This document shows, in pieces, positions 1 through 9,504 of a DNA stretch of 64,000 nt. The stretch lies in contig CBDCEW010000099.1 in NCBI GenBank assembly GCA_965215885.1, positions 86,742 to 150,741 on the forward strand. The letters run 5' to 3'. This DNA comes from Candidatus Moanibacter sp. (GTDB taxonomy: Bacteria; Verrucomicrobiota; Verrucomicrobiia; Opitutales; UBA2987). A model generated the notes under the pieces. That model ran no database searches, was not told the DNA's origin, and saw nothing but the letters and a program-made list of their open reading frames with translations. Both the position numbers and the translations under genes were made by a program. The number at the start of each line of letters is the position of its first letter. Position 1 is the stretch's first letter.

Positions 1-2
1 AT

Positions 3-254
3 GATATCAATGAGGTGAGTGATGTGAGCAAGACAGTCTTTTACCTTCGTGATGGACAGTTTGTCGCCATTACGGTGAGAAGGGACGGTCAGACGCTTGA
101 CTATACAGTACCGGTCATTGCGCGTCCTGATGCGGAACCATTTGATGGTCTGGCGCCACCGCAGCAGGAGGGACTTTCGGCGTCGGCAAGAGCGGATCCC
201 GAACAGGTCCCGGACGGCGACTCACCAATAATTGAAGAAGACCTCGAACCGTAG
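3..254 (+). CDS. 5'-truncated CDS; C-terminal part of a probable PDZ-domain protein (e.g. HtrA-like) with acidic tail
   Basis: Frame is open from the window edge; 'V.ITVRRDGQ.LDYTV...RP' resembles a PDZ C-terminal strand. Confidence 0.5.
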   Translation, partial: DINEVSDVSKTVFYLRDGQFVAITVRRDGQTLDYTVPVIARPDAEPFDGLAPPQQEGLSASARADPEQVPDGDSPIIEEDLEP

Positions 255-259
255 CGAAG

Positions 260-1645
260 ATGAGAATAGAACGTGATTCCATGGGAGAGATGGAAGTGCC
301 CGAGGATGCCCTTTATGGCGCCTCAACACAGCGCGCTGTCCTTAATTTTCCCATCAGTGGCCACCAGATGCCAGTCGGCTTTATTGAAGGGCTCGCCCTG
401 GTCAAGAGCGCCTGTGCCACTGCCAATGAAGAGTTGGGGCGACTGTCTCACGAAAAGGCCGAACTTATTCGCGTTGCGGCACAGGAGGTGGCGGATGGAA
501 AGCTGGGAGCACACTTCCCGGTCGATGTATTTCAGACTGGTTCCGGGACCTCGACAAATACGAATTTCAATGAAGTCATTGCGAATCGGGTCAGCCAGAT
601 GACCGGTAAACCGATCGGTTGCAAGGAGCCGGTGCATCCCAACGACGATGTCAATATGGGCCAATCGTCCAATGATATCGTTCCGACCGCGCTGCACGTT
701 AGTGTAGCGATGGCTCTTGAGGCGAAACTCACACCGTCTCTTTCGTATCTTGAAGCGGCCTTGACAGAAAAGGCGAATGCCTGGCGAGAAATTGTCAAAA
801 TAGGCCGCACCCATTTGATGGACGCCACCCCACTCACACTCGGGCAAGAGTTTTCGGGATATAGTGCCCAGATTCGGAAGAGCGCAGATCGGGCGCACAG
901 AGCTGTAAAAGCTCTTCGTGAATTGGCCATAGGTGGAACCGCCGTGGGAACCGGCATAAACACTCATCCTGAGTTTTCCGCAAAGGTCTGCGCTCTACTC
1001 TCGGAAAAGACGGGTATTTCTTTTCGGGAGGCAGAGAACCATTTCGAAGCGCAGGCGGGGCGCGATGATGCCGTTGAAGTGGCAGGTCTGTTAAATACGA
1101 TCGGCGCGAGTCTGACGAAAATTGCGAACGACATACGAATGCTCGGATCGGGACCTCGCTCCGGTTTGGGAGAACTATCCCTTCCCTCAACCCAGCCCGG
1201 CTCTTCCATCATGCCGGGCAAGGTCAACCCTGTGATGAGCGAAATGCTTGTCCAGGTATCCAGCTATGCGATGGGCTTGTGTCATGCCGTCACCCTGGGG
1301 GGGCGAGATGGCCATTTCGAACTCAACGTAAACATACCGCTGATTGCCTACGCTCTTCATGAGACGATAAACTGTCTGAGCAGCGGGGCTCGAGTCTTTG
1401 CCGAGCGCTGCGTCGTGGATATTGAACCCAATGAAGAAAAGTGCAGGGAGCTGGTGAATCGGTCTCTCATGCTGGTAACCGCTTTGAATCCTTATATCGG
1501 TTACGATAAGGCTGCCGAGGTCGCTAAGACGGCGTTAGCTGAAAATAAGACCCTTCGTGAGGTCATTTTGGAGAAGGGTCTCCTCGACGAGGAAACTCTG
1601 GATAAGGCGCTTGATCCGACGGAAATGACTGAGCCGAAAGGTTGA
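260..1645 (+). CDS. fumC: Class II fumarate hydratase
   Basis: RIERDSMGE, GSGTS.N.N.NEV, HPNDDVN.GQSSND, GRTHLMDA, signature GSSIMPGKVNP. Confidence 0.95.
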   Translation: MRIERDSMGEMEVPEDALYGASTQRAVLNFPISGHQMPVGFIEGLALVKSACATANEELGRLSHEKAELIRVAAQEVADGKLGAHFPVDVFQTGSGTSTNTNFNEVIANRVSQMTGKPIGCKEPVHPNDDVNMGQSSNDIVPTALHVSVAMALEAKLTPSLSYLEAALTEKANAWREIVKIGRTHLMDATPLTLGQEFSGYSAQIRKSADRAHRAVKALRELAIGGTAVGTGINTHPEFSAKVCALLSEKTGISFREAENHFEAQAGRDDAVEVAGLLNTIGASLTKIANDIRMLGSGPRSGLGELSLPSTQPGSSIMPGKVNPVMSEMLVQVSSYAMGLCHAVTLGGRDGHFELNVNIPLIAYALHETINCLSSGARVFAERCVVDIEPNEEKCRELVNRSLMLVTALNPYIGYDKAAEVAKTALAENKTLREVILEKGLLDEETLDKALDPTEMTEPKG

Positions 1646-1649
1646 AGAC

Positions 1650-1934
1650 CTTTTTTCCGCTTTTTTCGATCAGCTTCTGTGGGCCGTTCAGGAAAACTCG
1701 GAGGCACTCCTTCTCCATTGGCGTTTGGAAGCCGCTAATAATTGTGCGATTTTTTGAGCGGAGTATGTGGGCATAGTGGTCGGTTTCCACAATAATCACT
1801 CCCGGGCACTTGCGGGAGCAGAAAAGCGCGAGTTTGTTTGAGGACAGGATCTCGGGATTACCGATGTAATCGATGGCCTGCGCCGCGCCACCGGCAGATC
1901 CTGTGGTCAATGGGTCTCTCGTAAGAGTATTCAA
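1650..1934 (-). pseudogene. Truncated DprA/Smf-like (SLOG) protein fragment
   Basis: YIGN.E.L....LALFCSRKCPG...IISGFQTPMEKECL motif. Similarity stops after ~90 aa and the ORF runs into fumC antisense. Confidence 0.5.
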
Positions 1935-2917
1935 CTCTGTCTAGTTGCGAGCTGATTGTAAATCCACTGGTAGGTAACTTCCAGACCCTCAGACAGCCGC
2001 GTTTGTGGTTCCCAGCCCAAGGCCGACTTTATCAGAGTATTGTCACTGTTGCGGCCGGTGACCCCTTTCGGTGCGTCGAGATTGTAGCGCCGTTTAAGCC
2101 GGGTTCCAGCGATCGACTCAACGATATCCACGAGCCCGTCTATTGTCACCAATTCACTGCTCCCGAGGTTGATGGGATCCTGGAAGTCGCTCCTGATGAG
2201 TCGGTCCATCCCTTCCAGGCAATCATCGATATATGTGAAACTTCGAGTCTGCTTGCCGTCACCCCAGATTTCGATCTCGTCTGTGCCGTCAAGCTTTGCC
2301 GTGATCACTTTTCGACAAATCGCGGCCGGCGCCTTTTCTCGGCCTCCATCCCAGGTTCCGTTGGGACCGTAAACATTGTGTAGACGCGCTACCGCGACAT
2401 CGATTCCAAAGTCTTCGTGAAAGTGGCGACACATTCGCTCACTGAAGAGTTTCTCCCAGCCGTAACCGTCTTCCGGCATGGCTGGATAGGCGTCGGTTTC
2501 TTTGAGCGGTACAACTTTCGGAGAAGTCTGTTTTTCCGCGGCGTAGACGCAGGCAGAAGAGGTATAGAAAAACTTACGCACTTTGGAGTTTTCGGAGGCC
2601 AGGAGAAGCTGGGTATTGATAAGGCTACTCAACATGCAGAGTGCCTTGTTATTCTCTATAAATCCCATTCCTCCCATGTCGGCGGCCAGGTTGAATACGA
2701 TGTCGATGCCGTCTGTCGCTGTTTCACAGGCTTCTTTCTCCTGTAGATCGAGCACAACATTTTCGGCCTCGGGGAATCGCTGATACCACTGTTCAAGCGG
2801 TTTGCTATCGACTGCTCGAACGTTCCCAAAGCCTTTTTGGAAAAGATTCTTAACGAGGTGACCTCCGATAAAACCACCCGCTCCCGCAACCAGCACTGTT
2901 TCTCTTTGATCCACCAT
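1931..2917 (-). CDS. NAD-dependent sugar epimerase (GDP-mannose 3,5-epimerase-like)
   Basis: GAGGFIG, LAADMGGMGFI, YGWEK, GGREKAPAAICRK, GRNSDN. Confidence 0.9.
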   Translation of the reverse strand: MVDQRETVLVAGAGGFIGGHLVKNLFQKGFGNVRAVDSKPLEQWYQRFPEAENVVLDLQEKEACETATDGIDIVFNLAADMGGMGFIENNKALCMLSSLINTQLLLASENSKVRKFFYTSSACVYAAEKQTSPKVVPLKETDAYPAMPEDGYGWEKLFSERMCRHFHEDFGIDVAVARLHNVYGPNGTWDGGREKAPAAICRKVITAKLDGTDEIEIWGDGKQTRSFTYIDDCLEGMDRLIRSDFQDPINLGSSELVTIDGLVDIVESIAGTRLKRRYNLDAPKGVTGRNSDNTLIKSALGWEPQTRLSEGLEVTYQWIYNQLATRQS

Positions 2918-2933
2918 GAAAACCGCTCGTGAT

Positions 2934-3797
2934 TTACCGTTCCAGGGGGTATTCTTTCAAGCCCGTAATCTGGGTGAAGACGCGGTATAGAAAGAGTGGA
3001 TTATTCTTCAAATACCGTTTCCAGAGCCGGCGTGGTTCGAGGCTGAGGCGAAAGAGCCATTCAAAGCCCGAGCGCTGTATCCATCGGGGAGCCTGTTTCA
3101 TCTTTTTTGCATGAAAATCAAATGCCGCGCCCACCCCTATCATCAACGTAGTCTTCAATTTGTGGAAATGTTCCGCCATGAAACGCTCTTGTTTTGGGGT
3201 GCTCAGACCCACCCAGAACAAGTCGGGTTTTCGGTCCTCCAGAAGTCGCATAAGATTCTCTTCTTCCTTCTTGTTGAGGGGACGGAAAGGTGGAGTGTAG
3301 TGCCCGGCGATCTGCATTTTGGGAAAACGCTCCATGAGATTGGAGGTCAATTTTTCAACGACTCCGGGTCCTCCACCGTAAAAGAAGTGCCGAAATGAAG
3401 TACCTTCCGTGGACCGGCAGATATCAAGCATCAGATCCGGACCGTAGACACGGTCAACTTGATTTCCAAATTGACGTCTGCCCAACCAGACGAGCGGCAT
3501 GCCGTCCGGAGTATTGAGAAGGGCCCGATTCAGAATACGACGAAACTCCGGATCGGACTGGGCTTCACTGACCCCGTGCACACCGGTTACACAGACATAG
3601 CCCTTCTTACCTTCTTCGAGCGCGGAGAGCATGGCCTGCCGAGCGGAATCAAGGTTAAGCACCCCTACGCCGACTCCAAGTACATTGAATCGTTTATTCT
3701 CGGAAATTTCCCTTTGCACTTCAGATATGGAGGATTTTTCGATATATATAGCACCTGTGTCTGGAATTGTGAAAGTTCTTTCGTCTACTTCAGTCAC
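2934..3797 (-). CDS. WecB/TagA/CpsF family glycosyltransferase
   Basis: PDGMPLVW, RVYGPDL, PPFR, VGLSTPKQE, GVGAAFDF, EWLFRL..EPRRLW.RY. Confidence 0.92.
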   Translation of the reverse strand: MTEVDERTFTIPDTGAIYIEKSSISEVQREISENKRFNVLGVGVGVLNLDSARQAMLSALEEGKKGYVCVTGVHGVSEAQSDPEFRRILNRALLNTPDGMPLVWLGRRQFGNQVDRVYGPDLMLDICRSTEGTSFRHFFYGGGPGVVEKLTSNLMERFPKMQIAGHYTPPFRPLNKKEEENLMRLLEDRKPDLFWVGLSTPKQERFMAEHFHKLKTTLMIGVGAAFDFHAKKMKQAPRWIQRSGFEWLFRLSLEPRRLWKRYLKNNPLFLYRVFTQITGLKEYPLER

Positions 3798-3973
3798 TTC
3801 CTAGAAGCGTGCAAGAGGGCGGCTGACCTATTCACGATTCTGAAAGACGGACAGACGGTAGGTAGCGGTAAGATGAGCGAGACTGCCAGGAGTCCGGCTT
3901 GACTTAAGCATGGTATTGGATTATCCTGTCCAACTGAATTATAGAATCTTGAGTCTGGATATTTGATTGTATT

Positions 3974-4447
3974 ATGGGGAACTCCCGTTTTTCCCGCCGC
4001 TACGGATTCACACTTGTGGAGATCATGATTGTCGTCGTGATCTTAGGCCTTCTGGCGTCGCTCGCCTTACCCGCCTATCAAAAAGTGAGACGCAAGGCAC
4101 AGAATGCAACTTTCATCGGAGAAATGAGAACCTTCGCGGGTGCCGCGGAAACTTATATGCTGGAGACCGGTAGTTATCTTGAGGACTCCGGCAGCGGCGC
4201 AGTGCCCAGTGGCTTCGGGGATTATATTTCGGTCGGGAAATGGACAAACGGCACGCCCCTCGGTGGTGTTTGGGATATGGAGTTGGACTCCTTTGGCATA
4301 AAGGCGGGATTTGGAGTCCATGGGCCGATTGCTCCAAAAGAGCAATTGGAGGAAGTCGACGAGGATTTTGATGATGGCGATCTTTCAACGGGCAAGTTTC
4401 GCCAGATTGCCGCTGATCGCTATTACTATATCCTCGAGGATGTTTAG
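3974..4447 (+). CDS. Type IV pilin-like protein (prepilin N-terminal cleavage/methylation domain)
   Basis: GFTLVEIMIVVVILGLLASLALPAY. Confidence 0.9.
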   Translation: MGNSRFSRRYGFTLVEIMIVVVILGLLASLALPAYQKVRRKAQNATFIGEMRTFAGAAETYMLETGSYLEDSGSGAVPSGFGDYISVGKWTNGTPLGGVWDMELDSFGIKAGFGVHGPIAPKEQLEEVDEDFDDGDLSTGKFRQIAADRYYYILEDV

Positions 4448-4515
4448 AACCTGTCTTTGCGAGACTGGGCCTGATTAGCGTGCCGGGTAGAAAGCTTTTG
4501 GACGATCTACTTTGT

Positions 4516-5283
4516 ATGCGTTTTCAAACCTGCGCATTCTGTCTGATCAGTTCTGCTTTGCTCTATGGTGGCTGTCGCGGCAAGCCCGTCGATTTGGTCT
4601 CAGAGGAGCAGGAGAAACATTATCTGCGCGGGAAGAGCCTTCTGAAGGAAGGGAGGAAACAGGAGGCACTGAGCGCCTTTCTTCGAGTCATCGAAAAGCG
4701 CTATGATGCGGCGGAATCTCATCTGGAAACCGGGCAGCTCTACCTCAACCATATAAGGGACCCCATTGCGGCCATTTTCCACTTTCGCAAGTATCTTGCC
4801 TTGAAACCGGATTCACCGCAGGCGGGTTTGGTTCGCCAGCTAATCGACACCGCGAAGAAGGAATTTGCGCGGACCTTGCCCGCGAAGCCCTTTGAAAACG
4901 AGTTGGAGCGGCTCGATCTGATGGAACTCATAAATCAGGTGAAGTCGGAGAATCTGGTGTTGAAAAGACAGCTCCTCCAGGCAAAGCAAAGAATACGTGA
5001 GCTCTCTGAAAGCGGTGACCTCTCCTCGGAACACAATTTCGTTTCTGCCGCTGAGAATGCTCATGACATCGAAGGCGGAGACGAGAATTCTACTTCCGGG
5101 CAAATGAGTGGCAACGACCCGATTCCGGCAACTTATATTGTCCAACCTGGAGATAACTTGAATAGAATAAGCATCAAGGTATATGGTACTCCCGGGCGAT
5201 GGATGGACATATACCAAGCCAATCGTGATCGTCTCGCGAGTCCTCATGATCTTAAAGTTGACCAAGAGCTTCGTCTCCCTTGA
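4516..5283 (+). CDS. TPR + coiled-coil + LysM lipoprotein
   Basis: Lipobox-like LLYGGC; TPR-like helices; C-terminal YIVQPGDNL..IS..VYG...W..IY.AN. Confidence 0.85.
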   Translation: MRFQTCAFCLISSALLYGGCRGKPVDLVSEEQEKHYLRGKSLLKEGRKQEALSAFLRVIEKRYDAAESHLETGQLYLNHIRDPIAAIFHFRKYLALKPDSPQAGLVRQLIDTAKKEFARTLPAKPFENELERLDLMELINQVKSENLVLKRQLLQAKQRIRELSESGDLSSEHNFVSAAENAHDIEGGDENSTSGQMSGNDPIPATYIVQPGDNLNRISIKVYGTPGRWMDIYQANRDRLASPHDLKVDQELRLP

Positions 5284-5296
5284 AAACGCACTCGTG

Positions 5297-6460
5297 ATGC
5301 ACTATTTTGATAATAATGCCACCACGCCCGTGGCTGAAGTTGCTCAAAGGGCTTGGATCGAGGCTGTGCGGGAGAGTTGGGAGAATCCATCCAGTCCTTA
5401 CAGAAGGGCAGCCCGAGTCAAGAATCTGCTCGAGGATAGGCGAGAGCGATTGGCTAATTTGCTGGGATGCGCGAGGGCAGAGATTGTATTCAATTCAGGG
5501 GCAACGGAAGGAAACAATTCCATTATTAATTACTTTCGTGAAAGGAGTAATTCGCGTTCGCGTGTGGTAATATCTGCAATTGAGCATCCCTGTGTTATCG
5601 AAGCCGCTGAATCGGCCTTTGCCGGCAGGGTCGATTACCTACCTGTCTCCGAGGATTGCGTGGTTGACATTGAGACTCTACGGAAATATCTGAATGAGGG
5701 AGAGGTCGCCTTGGTTTCCGTGATGGCCGCGAATAACGAAACTGGAGTGTTGCAGCCTTGGGAGGAGATAGGGCGGATTTGCGGGGAATCCGAAGTGCCT
5801 TATCATTGCGATGCCTCGCAGTGGCTCGGCAAGCTTCCGGCCGGCGAATTGGGAGAGTGTTCCTATGTCACCGGCTGTGGGCACAAATTCAATGGGCCCA
5901 AAGGAATCGGATTTGCGAAGATTGAAAAAGAGGATAACGACTTTAAGTCTCTCTTGGGCGGCGAGCAGGAATCGGGACACAGGGGAGGGACGGAGAACTA
6001 TCCGGCCATTGCCGCAATGATTGCCGCACTTGAAGAAGCAACAGGCGCTATTTACTCCGCGAACGAGGAGCAGCTTTCCTATCGCAAGGAGTTTGAGGAA
6101 ACCTTGTCTCGACAATTGGAAGGAGCAGAGATTGTGGCGGGAAAGGCCGAACGGCTGTGGAATACGGTTTCGATTATTCTGCCCGAGCACGAAAATATTC
6201 GTTGGGTGAGAAAGCTCGACAAGCTGGGGTTTGCAGTCTCCACGGGATCGGCTTGTGCGACGGGAAAGGAAGGTCTGTCGCATGTCCTCGCTGCCATGGG
6301 AGTTTCCCGTGAGAAGATCAGGAGGGTTGTGCGAATAAGCGGAGGTTGGTCTACTCCGCGCGATGCCTGGCGCTTTTTGGCCGAAGCTTTCGTTCGCGTA
6401 TGGAGCGGTTTCAAAACGACGTCGACCGCGGCTGACCGGACATACGTGATATCTATTTGA
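5297..6460 (+). CDS. Cysteine desulfurase (IscS/NifS-like, aminotransferase class V)
   Basis: YFDNNATTP, FNSGATE, AANNETG, GHKFNGPKG, TGSACA. Confidence 0.9.
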   Translation: MHYFDNNATTPVAEVAQRAWIEAVRESWENPSSPYRRAARVKNLLEDRRERLANLLGCARAEIVFNSGATEGNNSIINYFRERSNSRSRVVISAIEHPCVIEAAESAFAGRVDYLPVSEDCVVDIETLRKYLNEGEVALVSVMAANNETGVLQPWEEIGRICGESEVPYHCDASQWLGKLPAGELGECSYVTGCGHKFNGPKGIGFAKIEKEDNDFKSLLGGEQESGHRGGTENYPAIAAMIAALEEATGAIYSANEEQLSYRKEFEETLSRQLEGAEIVAGKAERLWNTVSIILPEHENIRWVRKLDKLGFAVSTGSACATGKEGLSHVLAAMGVSREKIRRVVRISGGWSTPRDAWRFLAEAFVRVWSGFKTTSTAADRTYVISI

Positions 6461-6466
6461 CTGGGT

Positions 6467-7048
6467 ATGCCGCGTAAATCGGCTAGAGACCTTTGGAAGG
6501 CGAGACTGGCGGGAAAGCTACCTCCCCCCGAATTTGGTGACACTCCTTACTCGGTTGGCCGACGCCAATTTCAAGGCATCGTTCTAGGGATAGATCCGAG
6601 TCTTCGCGGAACGGGTTTGACTCTTTTGAAATTCGCTTCCGGTGGGCGGGTCAAGTTACTCCTCAGCCGGACGGTAAAGCTCAAGCAGAGCCTCTCGATG
6701 GCGAACTGTTTGGGCGAAATCTCGAGAACCGTCAGGCAAATTCTGGTAGAATTCCATGTCGACCATGTTGCGTTGGAACAGTCGATCTATGTCCAGAATA
6801 CGCGGACAGCATTGATCCTGGGTGCGGCGAGGGGAGCGGCTATCGCCGCTGCCGACTGTAGCGGTCTCCCCGTATTCGAATACGCACCTCTGAGGATAAA
6901 GCAGGCCGTGGTGGGCTTTGGAAGAGCCAGCAAGCACCAGATGGCAAGGACTGTAAAGAGCTTGCTGGGACATACCGATATTTTGAAGCCGGACGAAGCG
7001 GATGCAGCCGGAGTGGCATTATGCCATGCCTTCACCTACAAGGAATAG
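6467..7048 (+). CDS. ruvC: Holliday junction resolvase
   Basis: LGIDPS.R.TG, VALE, EYAP..IKQAVVG.G.ASK.Q, DEADA.GVALCH. Confidence 0.93.
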   Translation: MPRKSARDLWKARLAGKLPPPEFGDTPYSVGRRQFQGIVLGIDPSLRGTGLTLLKFASGGRVKLLLSRTVKLKQSLSMANCLGEISRTVRQILVEFHVDHVALEQSIYVQNTRTALILGAARGAAIAAADCSGLPVFEYAPLRIKQAVVGFGRASKHQMARTVKSLLGHTDILKPDEADAAGVALCHAFTYKE

Positions 7049-7077
7049 CCTGAAAATCTCACAAGATTCCCGGGCTA
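7046..7077. repeat. Short TAGCC...GGCTA hairpin beginning at the ruvC stop codon
   Basis: tagcctgaaaatctc-acaa-gattcccgggcta. Confidence 0.55.
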
Positions 7078-7259
7078 TATTACAAAAGGGCACAGAAGAT
7101 ATTGAATGCAGGATTGTTATGAATTATTCTCGAAGATTCATTTGACGGTTCCCTATGACAATCTGTTCCGTCGATCCACCTCCATGGTTCTTTGCCGGAA
7201 GACGCATATTGAATTCCCTGGACTCCTTCAAAATCTTCTGAGCCCTTTTGTTCGATAGC
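7074..7259. mobile_element. ~185-bp MITE-like element with ~32-bp terminal inverted repeats
   Basis: ctatattacaaaagggcacagaagatattgaa versus revcomp of right end ctatcgaacaaaagggctcagaagattttgaa. Confidence 0.7.
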
Positions 7260-7356
7260 CCGCTTTTTGTGACCGGGAAGCTCTGCCGTACGGCAGAGTT
7301 GGAAAGAGCATCTCGCTACAATACCTTCCTCAAAAATTTGTGAGAAAAGCGGGCTA
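7256..7356. mobile_element. ~100-bp MITE, TAGCCCGCTTTT family, copy 1
   Basis: tagcccgctttt...aaaagcgggcta; internal palindrome ctctgccgtacggcagag; inverted sister copy at 58371-58471. Confidence 0.75.
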
Positions 7357-7815
7357 TGTCTCCTTCAGCTTGCTCTCAATGGCCTGGCGTAGTGGATTGG
7401 TTCTTGCAGTGATGGCGGCGACGATCATTTCAAACTCGCGTTGGCGAGAGAGGTAGCGCGCGACATAGACGCAGGTGCCGTTTGCGCTGACGATGCGATA
7501 GAAGCCGAGTCCGAAGAAATTACTGATTCCCGCCTCGGAGATGTGTTCCCATGGAATGAAAGAAGAACCACCCCACCAGTTGTAGCTGGTAATCCCTTCC
7601 ACACTGATTTCGCTCTTCAGGGCAAAGACAAGGATAAAAGAGCTCATTAGCGAGACGATAACGATGCTATTGAAATGCGCGAGCACTTCCAGATCCTCGA
7701 GCCGAATACGCTCAATAAATAGCATCCTGAGCGTATCCAGCACTAAAAGGAAAACTATGATCCAAAGAAAGAGCGTCGAAAAGCTGCAGCGATACGATTG
7801 CGTTGGAGAGGTCAT
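7354..7815 (-). CDS. Hypothetical membrane protein (2 TM + PH-like domain)
   Basis: Two hydrophobic segments followed by 'ISVEGI......IPWEHI'. Confidence 0.6.
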   Translation of the reverse strand: MTSPTQSYRCSFSTLFLWIIVFLLVLDTLRMLFIERIRLEDLEVLAHFNSIVIVSLMSSFILVFALKSEISVEGITSYNWWGGSSFIPWEHISEAGISNFFGLGFYRIVSANGTCVYVARYLSRQREFEMIVAAITARTNPLRQAIESKLKET

Positions 7816-7919
7816 TGCCCGCTTACCTCACGGATTTGCTCGAAACAGAAACGGATTATTTCCTGCCCGTCCCGCATTGCAAGCACGGACATTTCAAAAA
7901 CATGCCTCGAAGCAGGATT

Positions 7920-8741
7920 TTACGGATCGAGCAATCGATCGAAGAGTCGACCCTTGTAGCGGCTGCCGAGTTCGCTTTGGTCGTTTAGTCCCCAATCGTA
8001 ATCCATGTATTCAAGGAGGTAATCGCCCGATTCAAGAAATTCCCGGTGTCTCTCCGGAGCGTAGGTGGCGAGTATATTCTTGAGGTTACCTCCATCCACA
8101 AAATCCTCTTTATACCACTTGAAGATAGCCGAGATTTCGATCTTTTTCTCCTGAGGGTTAAATCGGTTTAGGTCCAATCGGCTTAGCCAGCTGCTATAGG
8201 CGTCGATTATTTCTTCTTCAAGCGTCGCGGCCCTATAGGCGGATCTTCTCAATGGTGGGCAGCTTCGAGCAGCACATACTACCACTGCGTGTACCTTCCA
8301 TCCAATCATTGGGCGAAGAAAATCGTGCTCGATTTGGTCGAGAGAGATATCCCTGCCTCCCACGCGATGTCTTCTCTCCGACCATGAATCAACCAACTTC
8401 CGAATGCTTGCAACCGGGTAGTTAGTCAGAATCCATTGGATTGTGAGGGCGTTGTAGACGTTGATGAGAGAAGCTACCTTTTCCGCGCCATCGGCCGGAA
8501 CTGTCGGCTGAGGAGAGTACTGACTGATGTAATCATTAAGTTCTCCAAGATCTACCGGATTCGCTTTCCATTTGCCATAATCAACCAAACCCCACTCGTT
8601 GACGTATTCGCCGAGGAGGGCATCCCAAACCGTATGATCAATCCCTGCCGGTAGGGCGACCTCATCAGCGCGGGAGTGAGCGACACCAATGGGGAAAAGG
8701 AAGGAGCACAGAGTGGCTGTTAAATTCGAAATCCGTATCAC
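7920..8741 (-). CDS. DUF547 domain secreted protein
   Basis: Signal peptide; VDYG, INVYNALTI, SLDQIEH..LR, H.VVCAARSCP.L, IFKWY.EDF, YDWGLN. Confidence 0.9.
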   Translation of the reverse strand: MIRISNLTATLCSFLFPIGVAHSRADEVALPAGIDHTVWDALLGEYVNEWGLVDYGKWKANPVDLGELNDYISQYSPQPTVPADGAEKVASLINVYNALTIQWILTNYPVASIRKLVDSWSERRHRVGGRDISLDQIEHDFLRPMIGWKVHAVVVCAARSCPPLRRSAYRAATLEEEIIDAYSSWLSRLDLNRFNPQEKKIEISAIFKWYKEDFVDGGNLKNILATYAPERHREFLESGDYLLEYMDYDWGLNDQSELGSRYKGRLFDRLLDP

Positions 8742-9496
8742 TGTGAAGAAGCTGTGCCTGGCGGGTTTTCAGAAGCGCCTTCCAACTCTGCCCCTCGAAG
8801 CGCTTTGCGCGCAACCTTCGTGATGTAGACGGTTACAATCGCGGTAATCACCAATCCGAAACCCAGAAAGGCATATTCCAGAGGGGTCTTCCCGCCACCA
8901 CCGGAAGCGGCTTCGAGTCCCGCTTTTCCGATGTGGCCAAGGTATACATAGAGCACCGTGCCGGGCATCATCCCCAGCCAGCTACCGATGACATAATGCC
9001 AGAACTTGACCGCCGTAAGACCAAGAAGGTAATTGAGTGCGTTGAACGGAAAAACCGGACTCAGCCGGAGGAGCAGGACAATCTTGCCCCCTTCCTTTCC
9101 AATAGCTGAATCTACGGCCGCGAATTTCTCGTTTTTACTCAGTCTCGATGCCACACGATTTCGGGCGATATACCGGCCGATAAGGAAGGCCAGGGAGGCG
9201 CCGACCGTCGACGCGACGGAAACCGCCACGGAACCTCCGATTACACCGAAGAGAAAACCAGCCCCGATTGTCAGGACGGAACCGGGAAGGAACAGGACCG
9301 TTGCCAGGATGTACATGCCAACAAAGACGAGATATCCGACGTATCCAAGGCCCTCCACCCAGTCGTTAAACGCCACCAACCAAACCTGCACGGGGAGAAT
9401 TTTGGCCAAGATGATTACTGCGACGATAATCGCGATACCGATTACCAACTTCACGGGTGCCTTCTTTTGCCGTTCTTCTTTAGGTTCCTCTGGCAT
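8738..9496 (-). CDS. TVP38/TMEM64 (DedA/VTT) membrane protein
   Basis: LPGS.LT.GAG.LFG, F.IGRY, LRLSPVFPFN.LNY, GMMPGT. Confidence 0.9.
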   Translation of the reverse strand: MPEEPKEERQKKAPVKLVIGIAIIVAVIILAKILPVQVWLVAFNDWVEGLGYVGYLVFVGMYILATVLFLPGSVLTIGAGFLFGVIGGSVAVSVASTVGASLAFLIGRYIARNRVASRLSKNEKFAAVDSAIGKEGGKIVLLLRLSPVFPFNALNYLLGLTAVKFWHYVIGSWLGMMPGTVLYVYLGHIGKAGLEAASGGGGKTPLEYAFLGFGLVITAIVTVYITKVARKALRGAELEGASENPPGTASSQ

Positions 9497-9504
9497 AGTC
9501 GAAT

